Positions 1 to 12,449 of a stretch of 64,000 bases of DNA are shown one piece after another. The DNA comes from Eledone cirrhosa. Lineage: Eukaryota. Positions within the stretch are counted from its first letter, which is position 1, and each line of letters starts with the position of its first letter. The stretch covers positions 138,198,001 to 138,262,000 of the forward strand of contig OZ024742.1 of NCBI GenBank assembly GCA_964016885.1. The letters run 5' to 3'. The notes below the pieces were generated by a model. That model was given only the letters and a program-made list of their open reading frames with translations, was not told the origin of the DNA and searched no databases. A program made the position numbers and the translations under genes.

Positions 1-2391
1 GTACGCATTAGCCACCTCCGCTCGACCTTTCAGGGATAGCTACCTCTCCGCCCATTTCTGAGTGAGAGAAGCCACTCTGCTCGTCACCTCGTCCCAGTTT
101 TTGTCCGTCTGGAGGTCCGGACCGAACCAGACCCCTAGCAATTTAACCGGTCCGTCCGTCCAGCGTCCGACGACGTTGTTGGTCGGCATGGAACTGCCTC
201 TCCAGGTGCCGAGCTGCAGGCCCACTGACTTTTCCTGGTTGATCATTGCTCCTGTCACCGCTTCGTATTCTCTTAGTGTAGTGCCGATCGCCTCGATGTG
301 TTTGGCGTTCGACACCACTACGGTGACATCGTCCGCATATGCTGACACGGATCTTCCGCATCCTAGTTCACGCGGGACGCCCCTCAACGTCTCCAGTTTG
401 TGCAGTAATGACTCGAGAGTCAATACGTACAAGAGGGACGAGAGGGGACATCCTTGGCGGACCGAGCGCATGATGTTGAACGGTTCCGAAAGGTGATCAT
501 TCACTCTCACCACAGAGCAGATGTCGCTGTGCATGGCAGCGATCCAGCCTCTGAAGATGGGCCCAAAGCCAGCCGCCCTCAGGACTGCCGCTAGGTAACG
601 ATGGTCGACCCTATCGAAAGTTTCGACATATCTAAATTGATCAAGGCCCCACCCGTGCCAGGTTCCCTAGCTACCCTCTCTACGATGTATCGCATGAGGT
701 GGAGGTTGTCGTAGATGGATCTGTCGGAAATGGCGCATGTCTGCGCCTCTCCCACCAAACCACCAACGACAAGCGCCAACCTCTTTGCTAGCACTTTGGC
801 CAAAATCTTGAACTCTGTGTTTAGCAGAGTTATGGGCCTGAAATTATCTATGTTATCCCCCTTGTTCGGATCCTTTCTCAGCAGTGCCACCGCTCCTCGG
901 CAAACAGAGTTGGGAATTCTCCCGTTCTGTTGCCAGTTGCAGTAGACGTCCGCCAAGAGGCCTCCGAACAAGTCTGGCATCTGTACGTAAAGTTCATAGG
1001 GCAGACCATCCAAACCAGGCGATTTACCCCTTGTGCAGCCAGTCATTGCCTCCCTTACTTCAGCGGCTGTTATCGGCTTTTCGCAACACTCCGCCTCAGT
1101 GGCGGAGAGCTGCGGCAGACCGTCGAGGTAGACACTAAAGTCCATCACTCGACCCGGCCCAACGCTGCCCCCGAACAGCTGAGCGAAGTGTCGCTGAAAA
1201 AGCCTCACACATTTTCCCGGGATCGAGTAGCATGCGCCTGTCGTGGTCCATCAAAGAACGGATCGTGGCTTTGTTGCCACGACGCGCCTCCGCCACTTGG
1301 GCCCATTGAACGGCTTTCGTCCCCTCGTGTCTGAGAGCACGCACCCTAGCTCTGACAACGCAGCCTTCGTGCTTTGCATTGAAGAATTGGTCAAGGGCCA
1401 ATTTCGCCGCAAGCACGTCGGTCGCAATGCCTTTGCTAAGCGCCTCGTGTAATTTTCTAACTAGTTTTCCCTCTGCTCTATTTTTCTCTATTGCTAAAGC
1501 CTTACTAAACCTAATGGATTCTATTCTAATCGCTCTTTTCAGAGCAAACCACCACTTGTTGTTGACGATGGCCCCCGTCAACGACCGCTTAACTAGTTCG
1601 CTAATCCGCTCTCTGTAGGCCTTGCGCGCTGGTAAGGACGCGTTTAGCTTCCAGTAGCTGGGTCCTCGTCTATGAAGCCTATCTAAGTCAAGCACACAGA
1701 TCACGAATTTGTGGTCCGTGTAGCTGACTATCTTGAATTGTGGAAAGCCTATGCTAGACCTATCTATTTCCCTACAAAATACTCTATCTAGATATGATCT
1801 GGATGACCCTATGCGATTTGTCCAAGTCCACATTGGCACATTCGGGAAATCCAATCGGTACCTGTCAGACAGTTCAAAACGCCTGAGCAGGTTGGTGAGG
1901 CTCTTGCACCCTCCATCCCTATCCACTAATCCCACGCAGTCCCAGCGTGCATCTAAGGTCCCGTTCCAGTCGCCCACTAACACTAAAGAGCGGGACGTTC
2001 CAAGTAAGGTCTCCAGATGCCGGAAGAAATCAGGCCGCTCTGCTCCTGTCGGGGCATAGACGGCCACTAGCCTAAAAGCTTGCCCGTCTCCGCTGGTCAC
2101 GTCCAGCACCACCAGCTTACCCTCTGGATCCAGGAAGATGGCCCGTATGGCGAAATCCAAACCTCTCCGAAAAAGCACAGCAACTCCTCCCCCCGATCCC
2201 GGACGGCTGGGAGATGCGTACACATCGTAGCCGCCGAAGATCGGTGCGAAGGCACGTGCTTCGGAGATTCTGGTCTCGCTGATGGCCACTACATCTATGT
2301 TTAGTGACCTGAGGTCGTTGAGCAGGTCACCCTGCTTCCATGACGACCCCAAGCCATGCGCATTTATGCTGCCTATTCTGAGTGAGGTCAT
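1..2391 (-). pseudogene. Tx1 ORF2 (APE endonuclease + reverse transcriptase), split by frameshifts near 1200 and 620
   Basis: IGSINAHG, VAISET, LVGDWNG, YLDRVF, TDHK (APE); YWKLN; KSPGLDG, NFRPITLLN, RQGCPLS, AYADD (RT) across ORFs 1135-2391, 591-1208 and 40-534. Confidence 0.95.
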
Positions 2392-2435
2392 GTTTAAAAT
2401 AGAGTGGAAAAGATGGGAAAGATGGGAAAGACCAC

Positions 2436-4571
2436 TTACCGTACTTTTCGTAGAGGAAGGATGGTTTTTCCATCCCTTTTCACTTGATCGTCTGGTGAAG
2501 GGACCGTTGAATCGTCCCTTCGGCTGGTCGTCGGCTCTTCTATGAGTATGTCCGAATATACTCTCCGGTTGAGAGTCCCTCCTAGGTCTCTGAAATCACC
2601 AACTGCGTTGGGGAATTTCGATTTAATGTTTGTGTATTGTTTCTGTGCTATTTTTAGCAGTCTTATGTTAGTTGGCGTTTTGATTGGTGCTGGTATTATG
2701 TAGTCGTGTTGTGAAATGTCTGTGTGTTCAATTATGTAAGTCATTAGTTTCTTGTTGTGTGTATTTATTGCCGTGCATTTGTTTTTCTGGGGGTGGGGTG
2801 TGGTTCTGCTATTTTCGTGTCGTTGTTCCTGGGTGTGTGTGTTTTGTTGTTGTGTTTGCGATGTTGGTGCTTGTGGTGGTAGTGTTGAAGGTGTTGTTGT
2901 TGTTGGCGGTGGGGTTGTCGCCGGTGGTGATGGTGGTGCTAGTGTGGGTGGTGATGGTGTTGGTGGTGTTGCTGCTGTGAGTCTCTTTGCAGTAGCCTTT
3001 ACCCTTTTTTCATTTCTGTCCTCCCTTTTCGAAGGCGACGATGCGCTGCTTCTGCCTTTGTGCCTTCTTACGACCTTTTGCCTCCCTCTCCCACCTCACA
3101 CTCCATGTCTGATTCTGTGAGGTCGGGGAGGGGTACCAGCTCCACTCTTTCAGTTGTTTTTGTTGGTGATGTTTGCACTGGAGTCTCTGTTGCAGCTGCA
3201 TTTGGTATTACTGTTGTTGTTGTTAATATTTCCACTGCTGCTGCTGTTTTTGATTTCCGTGGCGTGGGTATGGGTGCCACGGACCTATCGTTCCTGCTTT
3301 CCACTTGTCCTGTTGCTGATAGCCGTGGAGCCGGTTTCGGAAGGAGGGGGGTTTCTCCTTTCTCAGGGTCTTCTCGTTGCAGAAGGCCCTGAGGTGAGTC
3401 TTCGATCCACAGCGAAAGCATTTCGGGCGTTTGCGCTCAACACTTATGGGCAGTTGAGTGCCGTTATCGAAGTCTATCACATCCGGGATAGCTTCGATGC
3501 ACTCCTGGTTGGTTTCGATTAACATCTCATGGAGGTGCCGACCCAATCTTCTCTTACTTTTTTCTGTACTTGCAGTACAGTTGTTTTGTCCTCGATTCCG
3601 ACGAGGACAGACGCTGCCTGCCAAGAAGGGGCCATCCCGGGGGGGACGTGGGTCAGTTTGACCCTCACAATTTTTTGCCCGCAGTAGGAGGGCACCAACA
3701 CCATTTCCTCGCTCCTTATGGTCACTAAGGATTGAGCCTTTGCCTCCTGGGGTGTGGCAAAAAGCACGTCTACGGTGGCATATTTCTTGCCTCGGGTAAT
3801 GTGCGTTTTCCGCTTCCACACAGACCTTAAGGCTTTTTGTATTTGAGCCTCTGTGGCTCTTTCAACCCTACGGGATTTTGTGCTTACTGTACGGTACGTG
3901 AGTGTACAGTGCTGTTGGGTTTCGAAACATTTTTCGGCTGCCTTGCAGATTGTTCGGTGTCCAGTTTTTGTCATCTTCTTCGCTTCCTCTAATTCCTCAT
4001 TTGTTATGAGGATGGTTTCCAGGTTCTTTGCGATACCTGCAAACGAGATTGGTTTTTCTTTGCTGCTGTTGTTGTTGTTGTTGTTGTCGTCAGAGCTGCT
4101 GTTACTTTTGTTGTTGCTGCATGTACTACGACTACTGCCGCCGCCGCTGTTGCTGTGGTTGTTGTTGCTGCTGCTGCTGTTGTTGTTGCTGTTGCTGCTA
4201 ATGCTGTTGTTGTTTATGCTGCTGCTGTAGTTTTCCTTGTCACTGTTGCTGCTGCTGCTGTTATTACGGCTGCTACTGCTATTATTCTTGACGTCAGACG
4301 AATGAAATGGGTTTTCGTATTTCCCGAACACATTTTTCGTCGTTGTCGTCGTCGTGGAGAAATCTTGCACGCTTTGCACGGGCTTTTTGTTTTCTGGCGT
4401 CGCTTGCGAAAGAGCAGGGAGGGAGAGAGACACATTTAGAGAAGGTAGGGAGAGAGACACATTTAGAGAAGGGAGGGAGAGAGAAAATCTTCTCTCTGCT
4501 GTAGTGACGATTGAGGAAGAAGAAGCCGGAATGAATGGGAGTGACCTATGAAAATTCTTTTTCGTAGCCAT
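2436..4571 (-). pseudogene. Tx1 ORF1 (gag-like, CCHC zinc knuckle, Asn/Ser low-complexity tract), frameshifted
   Basis: ORFs 3519-4607, 3223-3819 and 2436-2744; CFRCGSKTHLRAFC knuckle; SFAGIAK motif; ATG at 4571; stop 45 nt upstream of the ORF2 ATG. Confidence 0.88.
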
Positions 4572-4789
4572 GTTGTTTTTTTTTTGTTTAAAATAAATAT
4601 TGGGCACAAAACCCCAATAAGCGGTTATTTAACCCCGAAGGGCCAAATAACGGGCAGAAAGACCCCTCTCACGAGGAGGAGGGTGTTTTTGTCTACAAGT
4701 TGGTTAAAGTTTTAAACAATTTACAATTGTTATAGCGGTCAAAATTTACAATACCTTACAGAGCCGAGCCTCCGTCAACCATAGCATTC

Positions 4790-4831
<42 letters not shown>
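4790..4831. repeat. (AAT)n microsatellite between two Tx1 insertions
   Basis: Direct reading. Confidence 0.97.
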
Positions 4832-4833
<2 letters not shown>

Positions 4834-6322
4834 TTTCATTTATTAACCACCAGAGCCGACATGTAGGGGACATATAAAGACAGGGACAGTGGGGGTTTAC
4901 AATAAGGTGGAGTAAAAGTGCACAATGGCAAGACTAATTTAACAATGAAAATATAAAAATATAAAATAAACTATGCATAAATATAACAAAATAAATTACC
5001 CGATAGGGGGTGTACGACCCTGGGGTGCTTCAGTTACCCCACCAATCCTGAACCACTCTGCGCTTTTAGGGCACCCAGGGAGAGCACCTCTCTCCTCAAG
5101 TTAGCCAGCCTATAGGCGCATGGTCAGAGTAGGCCCATTCACACGATCCATTCTCGCCACATTCACCCACCTTTTAGCAAATGTACTGTGGGGCAGCACT
5201 TCTCTCTCTACCCTTACCTTCCTTTCCAGGTGAAACTTGAAGAAGTTGATGAGAGATTGGCCGAAGAGAAAAGTGTCTGTCTTTAGTCCTTTCAACCTGG
5301 TTGACCATATAATCTCTTTCGCAACTGCCACCAGACAGAGGAAAATTTTCTGCTCTTCCTGACCTAAGGAAGGCGGTGGATCGATCTTCACTATTGACTC
5401 GGCCGATAGCCGGATTCGTTCCACACCCGACAGTAGCTGTTCGACATAACTCCACAAGTCAGTAATGCACGGACATTGGACAAGTGCGAGCAGAACGGTT
5501 TCGTCGTTCTGTGGGCATCTTGGGCAGGTCCGTCTGACAGCACTTCCGTGCCTGTAGAGTTTATCCCGAACCGGCAGAGCCCCCCGGTAGCACTGCCAAG
5601 CGAGGGATTTCTGGAAATTGTCCATCGTCCCCGGCTCAAAAGTCCTCCGGTACAGACTGGTCAGTTCGACTTCGTCGAGGCCCAAAGCTTCTCCGAGTGC
5701 GTCATCGCACTTGCCCACCACTAATCCTCTATAGAACTCGAGAGTGGAAGTTCCACTGATCGCAGTGCCCGCTTGGTAGAGGGCAGTGAGTGCCTGGCAA
5801 CATTCCAGGTGCCAGTCACCCAGTCTCTGACTCTTCTTGACCCAGGACTGCATCTCAGTAAAAGAAATGAGCTGCGAAAAGGACCGTCTGATAAATGGCG
5901 ACCACACCTGTTCACCGTTGAGGCAGAATATCTGGAGATGTCGCAGCCTCAACGCATGTCTGCGCATCATTAGCCACGGCATGCCCAGCCCTCCGCGTAG
6001 AGGGTGCTGGCAGCAGATGGACCGCCTCACCAACGGAACTTGTCCCCTCCACAAGAATTTGAAGAGGAGCCGTTCCAGCTTGACGAGGCGCGGACGGGGG
6101 CAAGGCACGACGGTCAGGCGGTAGTAGATGACGGACGCGATGTACGTATTCGCCACCTCCGCGCGACCTTTCAGTGATAGCTTCCTCCCAGCCCATTTTT
6201 GGGTGAGACTGGCTACTCTGCTCGTTACCTCGTCCCAATTCTTTTCCACCTGGAGGTCTGGTCCGAACCAAACGCCGAGCAACTTAACCGGTCCGTCCGT
6301 CCAGCGCCCCACGACGCTGTTG
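4832..6322 (-). mobile_element. 5'-truncated Tx1 LINE (ORF2 C-terminus with zf-RVT, plus 3'UTR), flanked by (AAT)n on both sides
   Basis: ORF 5110-6312: VKLLGVWFG, KLSLKGR, RGGLGMP, CPRC..ET..LVQC; its 5' part is homologous to nt 1-180 of copy A. Confidence 0.93.
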
Positions 6323-6336
6323 ATAATAATAATAAT

Positions 6337-8548
6337 TAACTAACCAACTGGAAATCACCAGGCCCAGATGGTGTGCAGGGCTATTATATTAAAAATATAA
6401 CATCCCTCCACCTAAAACTGACAACCATGTTCAATGACTGCTTGATGTAAGGTGAGGTACCAGAGTGGTTGACAAAAGATACCACAGTTCTGGTAATGAA
6501 AGACCGAATCAAGGGTAATGATGTTACCAACTATAGACCTATCACATGTCTGTCCGTAATGTGGAAACTGTTGACAAGCATTATGTCTGAGGAAATCTAC
6601 CATCACCTCCACACAAACAACTTGTTAACGGACGAACAGAAAGGATGCCGAAAGAAGTCCCGTGGTACAAAGGGCCAGTTGCTTATTGATAAGATGGTAA
6701 TGAGGAATTGCAAGAGGAGACACACTGGTCTTGCCATGGGATGGATAGACTACAAAAAGGCATTTGACATGGTGCCTCATTCTTGGATCACCAAAAGCCT
6801 AGAGATCTTCAAGGTGGCAGATAACATCAGACAGTTGTTGGGAAAAATTATGAAGTCCTGGAAAACAGAGTTAACATCAGCTGGAGAATCCTTGGGAGGC
6901 GTGAAGATCAAGAGAAGTATCTTCCAGGGAGAGAGTCTGTCCCCTCTGTTGTTTGACCTTGCCCTGATGCCCCTGACCATTATACTGCGAAAAGTGAGAG
7001 TAGGATACAAGTTGGGAAAGGGAGAGCTTACTATCAATCACCTCCTCTTCATGGACGATCTTAAGCTCTTCGGGAAGAGTGAGAAGGAGTTGGATGTGCT
7101 TGTTGACACTGTCCGTATTTTCACCAATGATATATGTATGCAATTTGGTATTAGTAAGTGTGGAGTCCTTGTGATGAAGAGGGGTAAATTGAGCAGAAGC
7201 AACGGAATCCAGTTACCAACAGGTGAGATGATAAAGGAAATTGACAATGAAGAAGGATACAATTATTTGGGTGTTCTGGAGGCTGATGACATCAAGAACA
7301 AAAAAATGAAGGAATTGATAAGATCTGAATACATTCGGAGAGTAAGGAGCGTATTAAAGTCACATCTGAACAGTAGGAATGCCATAAGTGCAGTAAATTC
7401 CCGAGCTGTGTCTATTATTAGGTACAGTGCGGGAATTCTGAGATGGAATGTTGCAGAACAAAAAGAAATTGATAGGAAAACTAGGAAGCTATTGACTATC
7501 TACAACGTTTTCCCAAAGAGGAATGATGTCGATAGACTCTACTTAAGGAGATCTGAAGGTGGAAGAGGTCTTATCAGGATAGAGGACTGTGTTCAGATGG
7601 AGAAAAACAATCTACACAAATACGTGACTGATAGTAAGGAGCCAATGCTCAGAATTGTACTGAAGGAGAGGACAATAGACCAGGGGATGTCCAAGGAGGA
7701 AATAACAACAAGGAGAAAGAGCAGCCTCCATGAAAAATCCCTTCATAGTACCTTCTTTGAGAAAACTGAATTCAGAGATCCACAGACATGGAACTGGTTG
7801 AAAAAGGCGACAGAAGGAATGCTAATGGCTGCGCAAGAGCAGGCCCTCAAAACGAAGTGGTTGAAACGCCATATCTACAAGGAGGAGGCTAGCCCACTGT
7901 GCAGGATCTGTGGAGAGAGAAGGAGACTGTGGCTCACATTGTATCCGAGTCTAAACACCTAGCCCAGACTCACTATAAAGGCTGGAGACATGATGTGATG
8001 GGCAGGGTGATCCACTGGCACCTATGCAAAGTAAACAATTTACCACATTCTGAGAAGTGGTATGAGCATAAGCCAGAGTCGGTGATAGAAAACGATCAGG
8101 TGAAGGTGCTGTGGGATTTTAGGATACAGACGGACAAGAAACTGGAACACAATAGACCTGACCTAGTGGTTGTGGACAAGGAAAAAAGATCGTGCCTGAT
8201 TGTGGATGTGGCCTGCCCATTCGACACGAGAGTGCAAGAGAAGGAAAGGGAGAAAATTAACCGATACCAGGACTTAAAGTAGGAGGTAAAAAGGATTTGG
8301 AACTGCCATGAAGTCAAAGTGGTCCCGATTGTCATAGGCGCACTAGGTACTATCTCAAACAGTTTACAGGGATGGTTAAAGAAAATTGGCCCCGCCACGC
8401 TCTTTGGAACGCTTCAAAAGGCATGCTTGCTCTGAACAGCAAGAACCCTACGATACGTCCTGAATATCTGAGGCTGCAGGTAGTGGCTTGATATTCATTT
8501 CAACAAACTTTCCAGTTAACTAACATCAATGACTGAGACTCAATGAAC
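6337..8548 (+). mobile_element. 5'-truncated Dong/R4-clade RLE non-LTR retrotransposon (disrupted)
   Basis: [60 protein letters not shown]; stops near 6448, 8280 and 8433 and a frameshift near 7920; (AAT)n on both flanks. Confidence 0.9.

Positions 8549-8600
<52 letters not shown>
8549..8600. repeat. (AAT)n microsatellite
   Basis: Direct reading. Confidence 0.97.
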
Positions 8601-8601
<1 letters not shown>

Positions 8602-11600
8602 GAACAAATTAAAGAAAGGAGCGAAAAAGTGGAGGGAGTGCATGCTCAGGATGAAACTCCAAATGAAAATAATGAGATCGTAAATGATAAAGAAATGAAT
8701 GAGAATGAACTTGCCAACTTGAAGGATGAAATTATGATCGAATGGATGAAAATGAAAGAATCTGACATGGGGGAACGAGACACCCTCCCTAAGATCCAGA
8801 ACTCCAAACAGAACCAAAAGATAATACACAAGACTAACATAATTCTCAAAAACATTATCATCACAAACAAAATAAACATTACTGACTTAAATCATCTCTA
8901 TTATGCATCGGCTAAAGTCACCACTCACTTATGTGGAGTGAAGATGAAAAAACAAAGGAATTCCCACAAGAAATCTACTTGGCAAGATAACATCAATCGC
9001 CAAATAAACCTTCTCCGATCTGACATAGAAATTTTAACAAACTATAAAGTAGGTGAACATGTTAAACAAACTAAACTTAGAAAATTGAAAAAAAAGTACA
9101 GTATAAGATCAACATGTGACATAGACATGCTGATAGAAACAATCAAGCAAAAAGTGTCGGCCAAAGCTGCTCGTATAAGGCGCTTTGAAAAACGATCTAG
9201 ATTCTATAAGGACAATAATATGTTCAAAAACAACCAAAGAAACTTCTACAGAAAAATTGGTAAGTCAACAATAACTGCTAAATCAATACCACCCAAGGAG
9301 GAAGTGCAAGAATTCTGGGAAAAGATCTGGGCCGAAGAAAAAGTTCATAACATACATGCCCCATGGATAGACAGACAAATGAAAGAAACAGCTCACCTTG
9401 AAGAACAAACATGGGAAAATATAACAGTTGAACAGCTGCGCTTGGCTCTAAGAAAAACCAGCAAATGGAAATCCCCAGGAAAAGACAAAATACAAAACTT
9501 TTGGATAAATGCCTTCACAGAGTCTCATGAGCTGTTAGCCCAACTTTACAATGAAATAGTTAAGGAGCCAGAAAAGATACCATCATGGCTAGTTAACGGC
9601 ATTACATTCCTGCTACCGAAGAATGATGAGACAAACAATCCCAAAAATTACAGACCGATAACCTGCTTGACCACAATGTATAAAATTTTAACATCAGTCC
9701 TAACTGAATACACATATGACCACCTGATAACAAATGACCTATTTCCCATTGAGCAGAAAGGGTGTAAACGAGGCTCATATGGCTGTAAGGATCAGCTTCT
9801 GGTTAACAAAATGATACTGGAAGATTGTCATAATAGACACAAAAATCTATCGATTGCTTGGATAGATTATAAAAAAGCATTTGATAGTTTGCCACACAGT
9901 TGGATTGAAAAATGTTTAGAGATTTTCAAAATATCCCCCGTTGTCAGGAGGTTTTTGTCATTCAGTATGAGGACATGGAGAACGACACTCCTTTTGAATA
10001 GTGAAACAAAATCACTGGAAGCTGGAGAAGTTAACATTAATTGTGGAATTTTTCAGGGTGACTCTTTATCACCGCTTTTATTCTGCATCGCACTTATACC
10101 ATTAAGTAAAATGCTCAATGAAACAAAACATGGATATAGAGTCTATGACAAAACCATTAATCACCTGTTCTACATGGATGACCTGAAACTATTTGCAAAA
10201 AATGATGAACAATTGCAAGGGCTATTATCCACTGTGAAGCAGTTCAGTGATGACATTAAAATGGAGTTTGGACTGGATAAATGCGCCAAAGCAACGTTCA
10301 CCAGAGGAAAGCTGCTGAAGAGTTCAGACATTAATCTTGATCGGAGGAACGTGATAAGAGAGCTTGATCAAGAACAAACTTACAAATATCTAGGTGTTTG
10401 TGAAGGAGACGGAATCAAGCACTCGACAATGAGGGAAAGGATAAGGAAGGAATGTTACCGCAGAGTCAGAGCAATCTTAAGAACGGAATTGAATGCAAGG
10501 AATAGGATCGATGCCATAAACACGCTTGCCATACCAGTAGTAACCTACAGTTACAATGTCATCAACTGGTCAAGCACAGAGATCCGTAGGCTCGATACAA
10601 AAATCCGAAAATTCTTAACCATGCACAGAATGCATCACCCTAAGGCAGACATAGATAGAATATATCTCCCTAGGAAAGAAGGAGGACGTGGGTTAATCCA
10701 GTTAGACATTGCGTTGAAAACTGCAACAATTGGATTATCCACATATCTAAGGGAATCAAATGATTGGATGATCAAACTCGTTTTGAAACACGAAAGCACC
10801 AAAAGATCATATTCCATTACAAAAGATGCACAAAGATACAGTAATGGACTACAAATTTCAGAAGTCCCATTTACTGCTGAAATGGAAAACACAGAAAAAG
10901 CAAAGCAGGTAAAAGTAACTGCAAAGAAAGAACTGCTACAGAAACTGGCTAAGAAATGGCAAGAAAAGCCTCTGTATGGAAAATACCCAGAGCGAGCTAA
11001 CAATCCTGATGTTGACAAAACTTTAACCCATCAGTGGTTGGCATCCTCTGGACTGAAATCGGAGACTGAAGGACTGATTATATCCGCACAAGATCAGTGT
11101 CTGCCAACAAAAAATTACCAAGCCAACATAATAAAAAATGGGTGCAGCCCATTATGCCGTGTATGCAAAAAACAACCAGAGACCATTGACCATATAATTT
11201 CAATGTGCAGTCCTATAGCTCCAACCGAATACCTAAACAGGCATGACAGAGCTGCACAATACATACATTGGATAATGTGTAAGCATTTTGACCTGCCCCA
11301 TCAAAAGAATTGGTGGGAGCATCAACCACCTCCCATACTTGAAAAAGATCACATCTCAATCTTGTGGAACTTTAGCATCCAAACAGACCGAAAAATAGAT
11401 GCAAATAGACCTGATATAATATTGAAGGACTTTCAAAGAAGGGTATGCCTGCTAATTGATATGTCTGTTCCAATAGACAAGAATGTATCTATAAAAACAT
11501 TTGAAAAATTGAGCAAGTATAAGGACCTGGAGATAGAAATTGGAAAAATGTGGAAATTGAGAACTAAAACAATACCAGTGGTTGTAGGCGCTCTGGGAAT

Positions 11601-11861
11601 GATACCTAAGGGGTCTAACGACTACTTATCGCAAATCCCAGGAAACCCGCGTATAGGAGAAATACAAAAGATAGTACTAATGGGAACTGCCCATATACTA
11701 AGGAAGATCCTGTCAATATAAGTACATCACAAGTCTAAACACTAAGGATGCATGTGTGAATATGTGTGTTCTTTCTTGAACATGGCGGACCTTGTTGTCT
11801 CTTGAGGTCACTGGTTGTGACTTGGTGATAACTCGTATAAACATAAAGCAAGATAAATGCA
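8601..11861 (+). mobile_element. Dong/R4-clade RLE retrotransposon, second family; 5'-truncated but ORF uninterrupted
   Basis: Single long ORF plus ~140-nt 3'UTR ending in (AAT)n. Confidence 0.93.
8629..11721 (+). CDS. RT - CCHC - restriction-like endonuclease polyprotein (1030 aa open; N-terminus probably lost)
   Basis: KWKSPGKD, YRPITCL, FQGDSLSP, FYMDDLK, CRVCKKQPETIDHIISMC, RHD, RPDIILKD..IDMSVP..KLSKY. Confidence 0.93.
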   Translation: MEGVHAQDETPNENNEIVNDKEMNENELANLKDEIMIEWMKMKESDMGERDTLPKIQNSKQNQKIIHKTNIILKNIIITNKINITDLNHLYYASAKVTTHLCGVKMKKQRNSHKKSTWQDNINRQINLLRSDIEILTNYKVGEHVKQTKLRKLKKKYSIRSTCDIDMLIETIKQKVSAKAARIRRFEKRSRFYKDNNMFKNNQRNFYRKIGKSTITAKSIPPKEEVQEFWEKIWAEEKVHNIHAPWIDRQMKETAHLEEQTWENITVEQLRLALRKTSKWKSPGKDKIQNFWINAFTESHELLAQLYNEIVKEPEKIPSWLVNGITFLLPKNDETNNPKNYRPITCLTTMYKILTSVLTEYTYDHLITNDLFPIEQKGCKRGSYGCKDQLLVNKMILEDCHNRHKNLSIAWIDYKKAFDSLPHSWIEKCLEIFKISPVVRRFLSFSMRTWRTTLLLNSETKSLEAGEVNINCGIFQGDSLSPLLFCIALIPLSKMLNETKHGYRVYDKTINHLFYMDDLKLFAKNDEQLQGLLSTVKQFSDDIKMEFGLDKCAKATFTRGKLLKSSDINLDRRNVIRELDQEQTYKYLGVCEGDGIKHSTMRERIRKECYRRVRAILRTELNARNRIDAINTLAIPVVTYSYNVINWSSTEIRRLDTKIRKFLTMHRMHHPKADIDRIYLPRKEGGRGLIQLDIALKTATIGLSTYLRESNDWMIKLVLKHESTKRSYSITKDAQRYSNGLQISEVPFTAEMENTEKAKQVKVTAKKELLQKLAKKWQEKPLYGKYPERANNPDVDKTLTHQWLASSGLKSETEGLIISAQDQCLPTKNYQANIIKNGCSPLCRVCKKQPETIDHIISMCSPIAPTEYLNRHDRAAQYIHWIMCKHFDLPHQKNWWEHQPPPILEKDHISILWNFSIQTDRKIDANRPDIILKDFQRRVCLLIDMSVPIDKNVSIKTFEKLSKYKDLEIEIGKMWKLRTKTIPVVVGALGMIPKGSNDYLSQIPGNPRIGEIQKIVLMGTAHILRKILSI

Positions 11862-11958
<97 letters not shown>
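11862..11958. repeat. (AAT)n microsatellite
   Basis: Direct reading. Confidence 0.97.
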
Positions 11959-12411
11959 GACCTGATATAATATTGAAGGACTTTCAAAGGAGGGTATGCC
12001 TGCTAATTGATATGTCTGTTCCAATAGACAAGAATGTATCTATAAACACATTTGAAAAATTGAGCAAGTATAAGGACCTGGAGATAGAAATTGGAAAAAT
12101 GTGGAAATTGAGAACTAAAACAATACCAGTGGCTGTAGGCGCTCTGGGAATGATACCTAAGGGGTCTAACGACTACTTATCGCAAATCCCAGGAAACCCG
12201 CGTATAGGAGAAATACAAAAGTTAGTACTAATGGGAACTGCCCATATACTAAGGAAGATCCTGTCAATATAAGTACATCACAAGTCTAAACACTAAGAAT
12301 GCATGTGTGAATATGTATGTTCTTTCTTGAACATGGCGGACCTTGTTGTCTCTTGAGGTCACTGGTTGTGACTTGGTGATAACTCGTATGAACATAAAGC
12401 AAGATAAATGC
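11955..12411 (+). mobile_element. Short 5'-truncated copy of the 8601-11861 element (RLE end + 3'UTR)
   Basis: Near-identical to 11404-11861 with a few substitutions; AATA microhomology at the 5' junction; (AAT)n tail 12412-12448. Confidence 0.93.
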
Positions 12412-12412
12412 A

Positions 12413-12448
<36 letters not shown>

Positions 12449-12449
<1 letters not shown>

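Larger units (their letters stand above)
1..4790 (-). mobile_element. Tx1/L1-clade LINE copy A; 5' end intact, 3' part runs off the window; frameshifted
   Basis: 5'UTR begins at the (AAT)n run at 4790, followed by ORF1 with a CCHC knuckle and ORF2 with APE endonuclease and RT motifs. Confidence 0.93.

Noticed and set aside
3853-4439. Poly-Leu/Val membrane-protein-like ORFs on the plus strand
   Set aside because: Antisense reading of the AAC/AGC tract in Tx1 ORF1
4655-4690. HDV-like ribozyme in the Tx1-A 5'UTR (CCTCCTCGTG)
   Set aside because: Folds as a simple hairpin; P1/P2/P3 pseudoknot pairings could not be built
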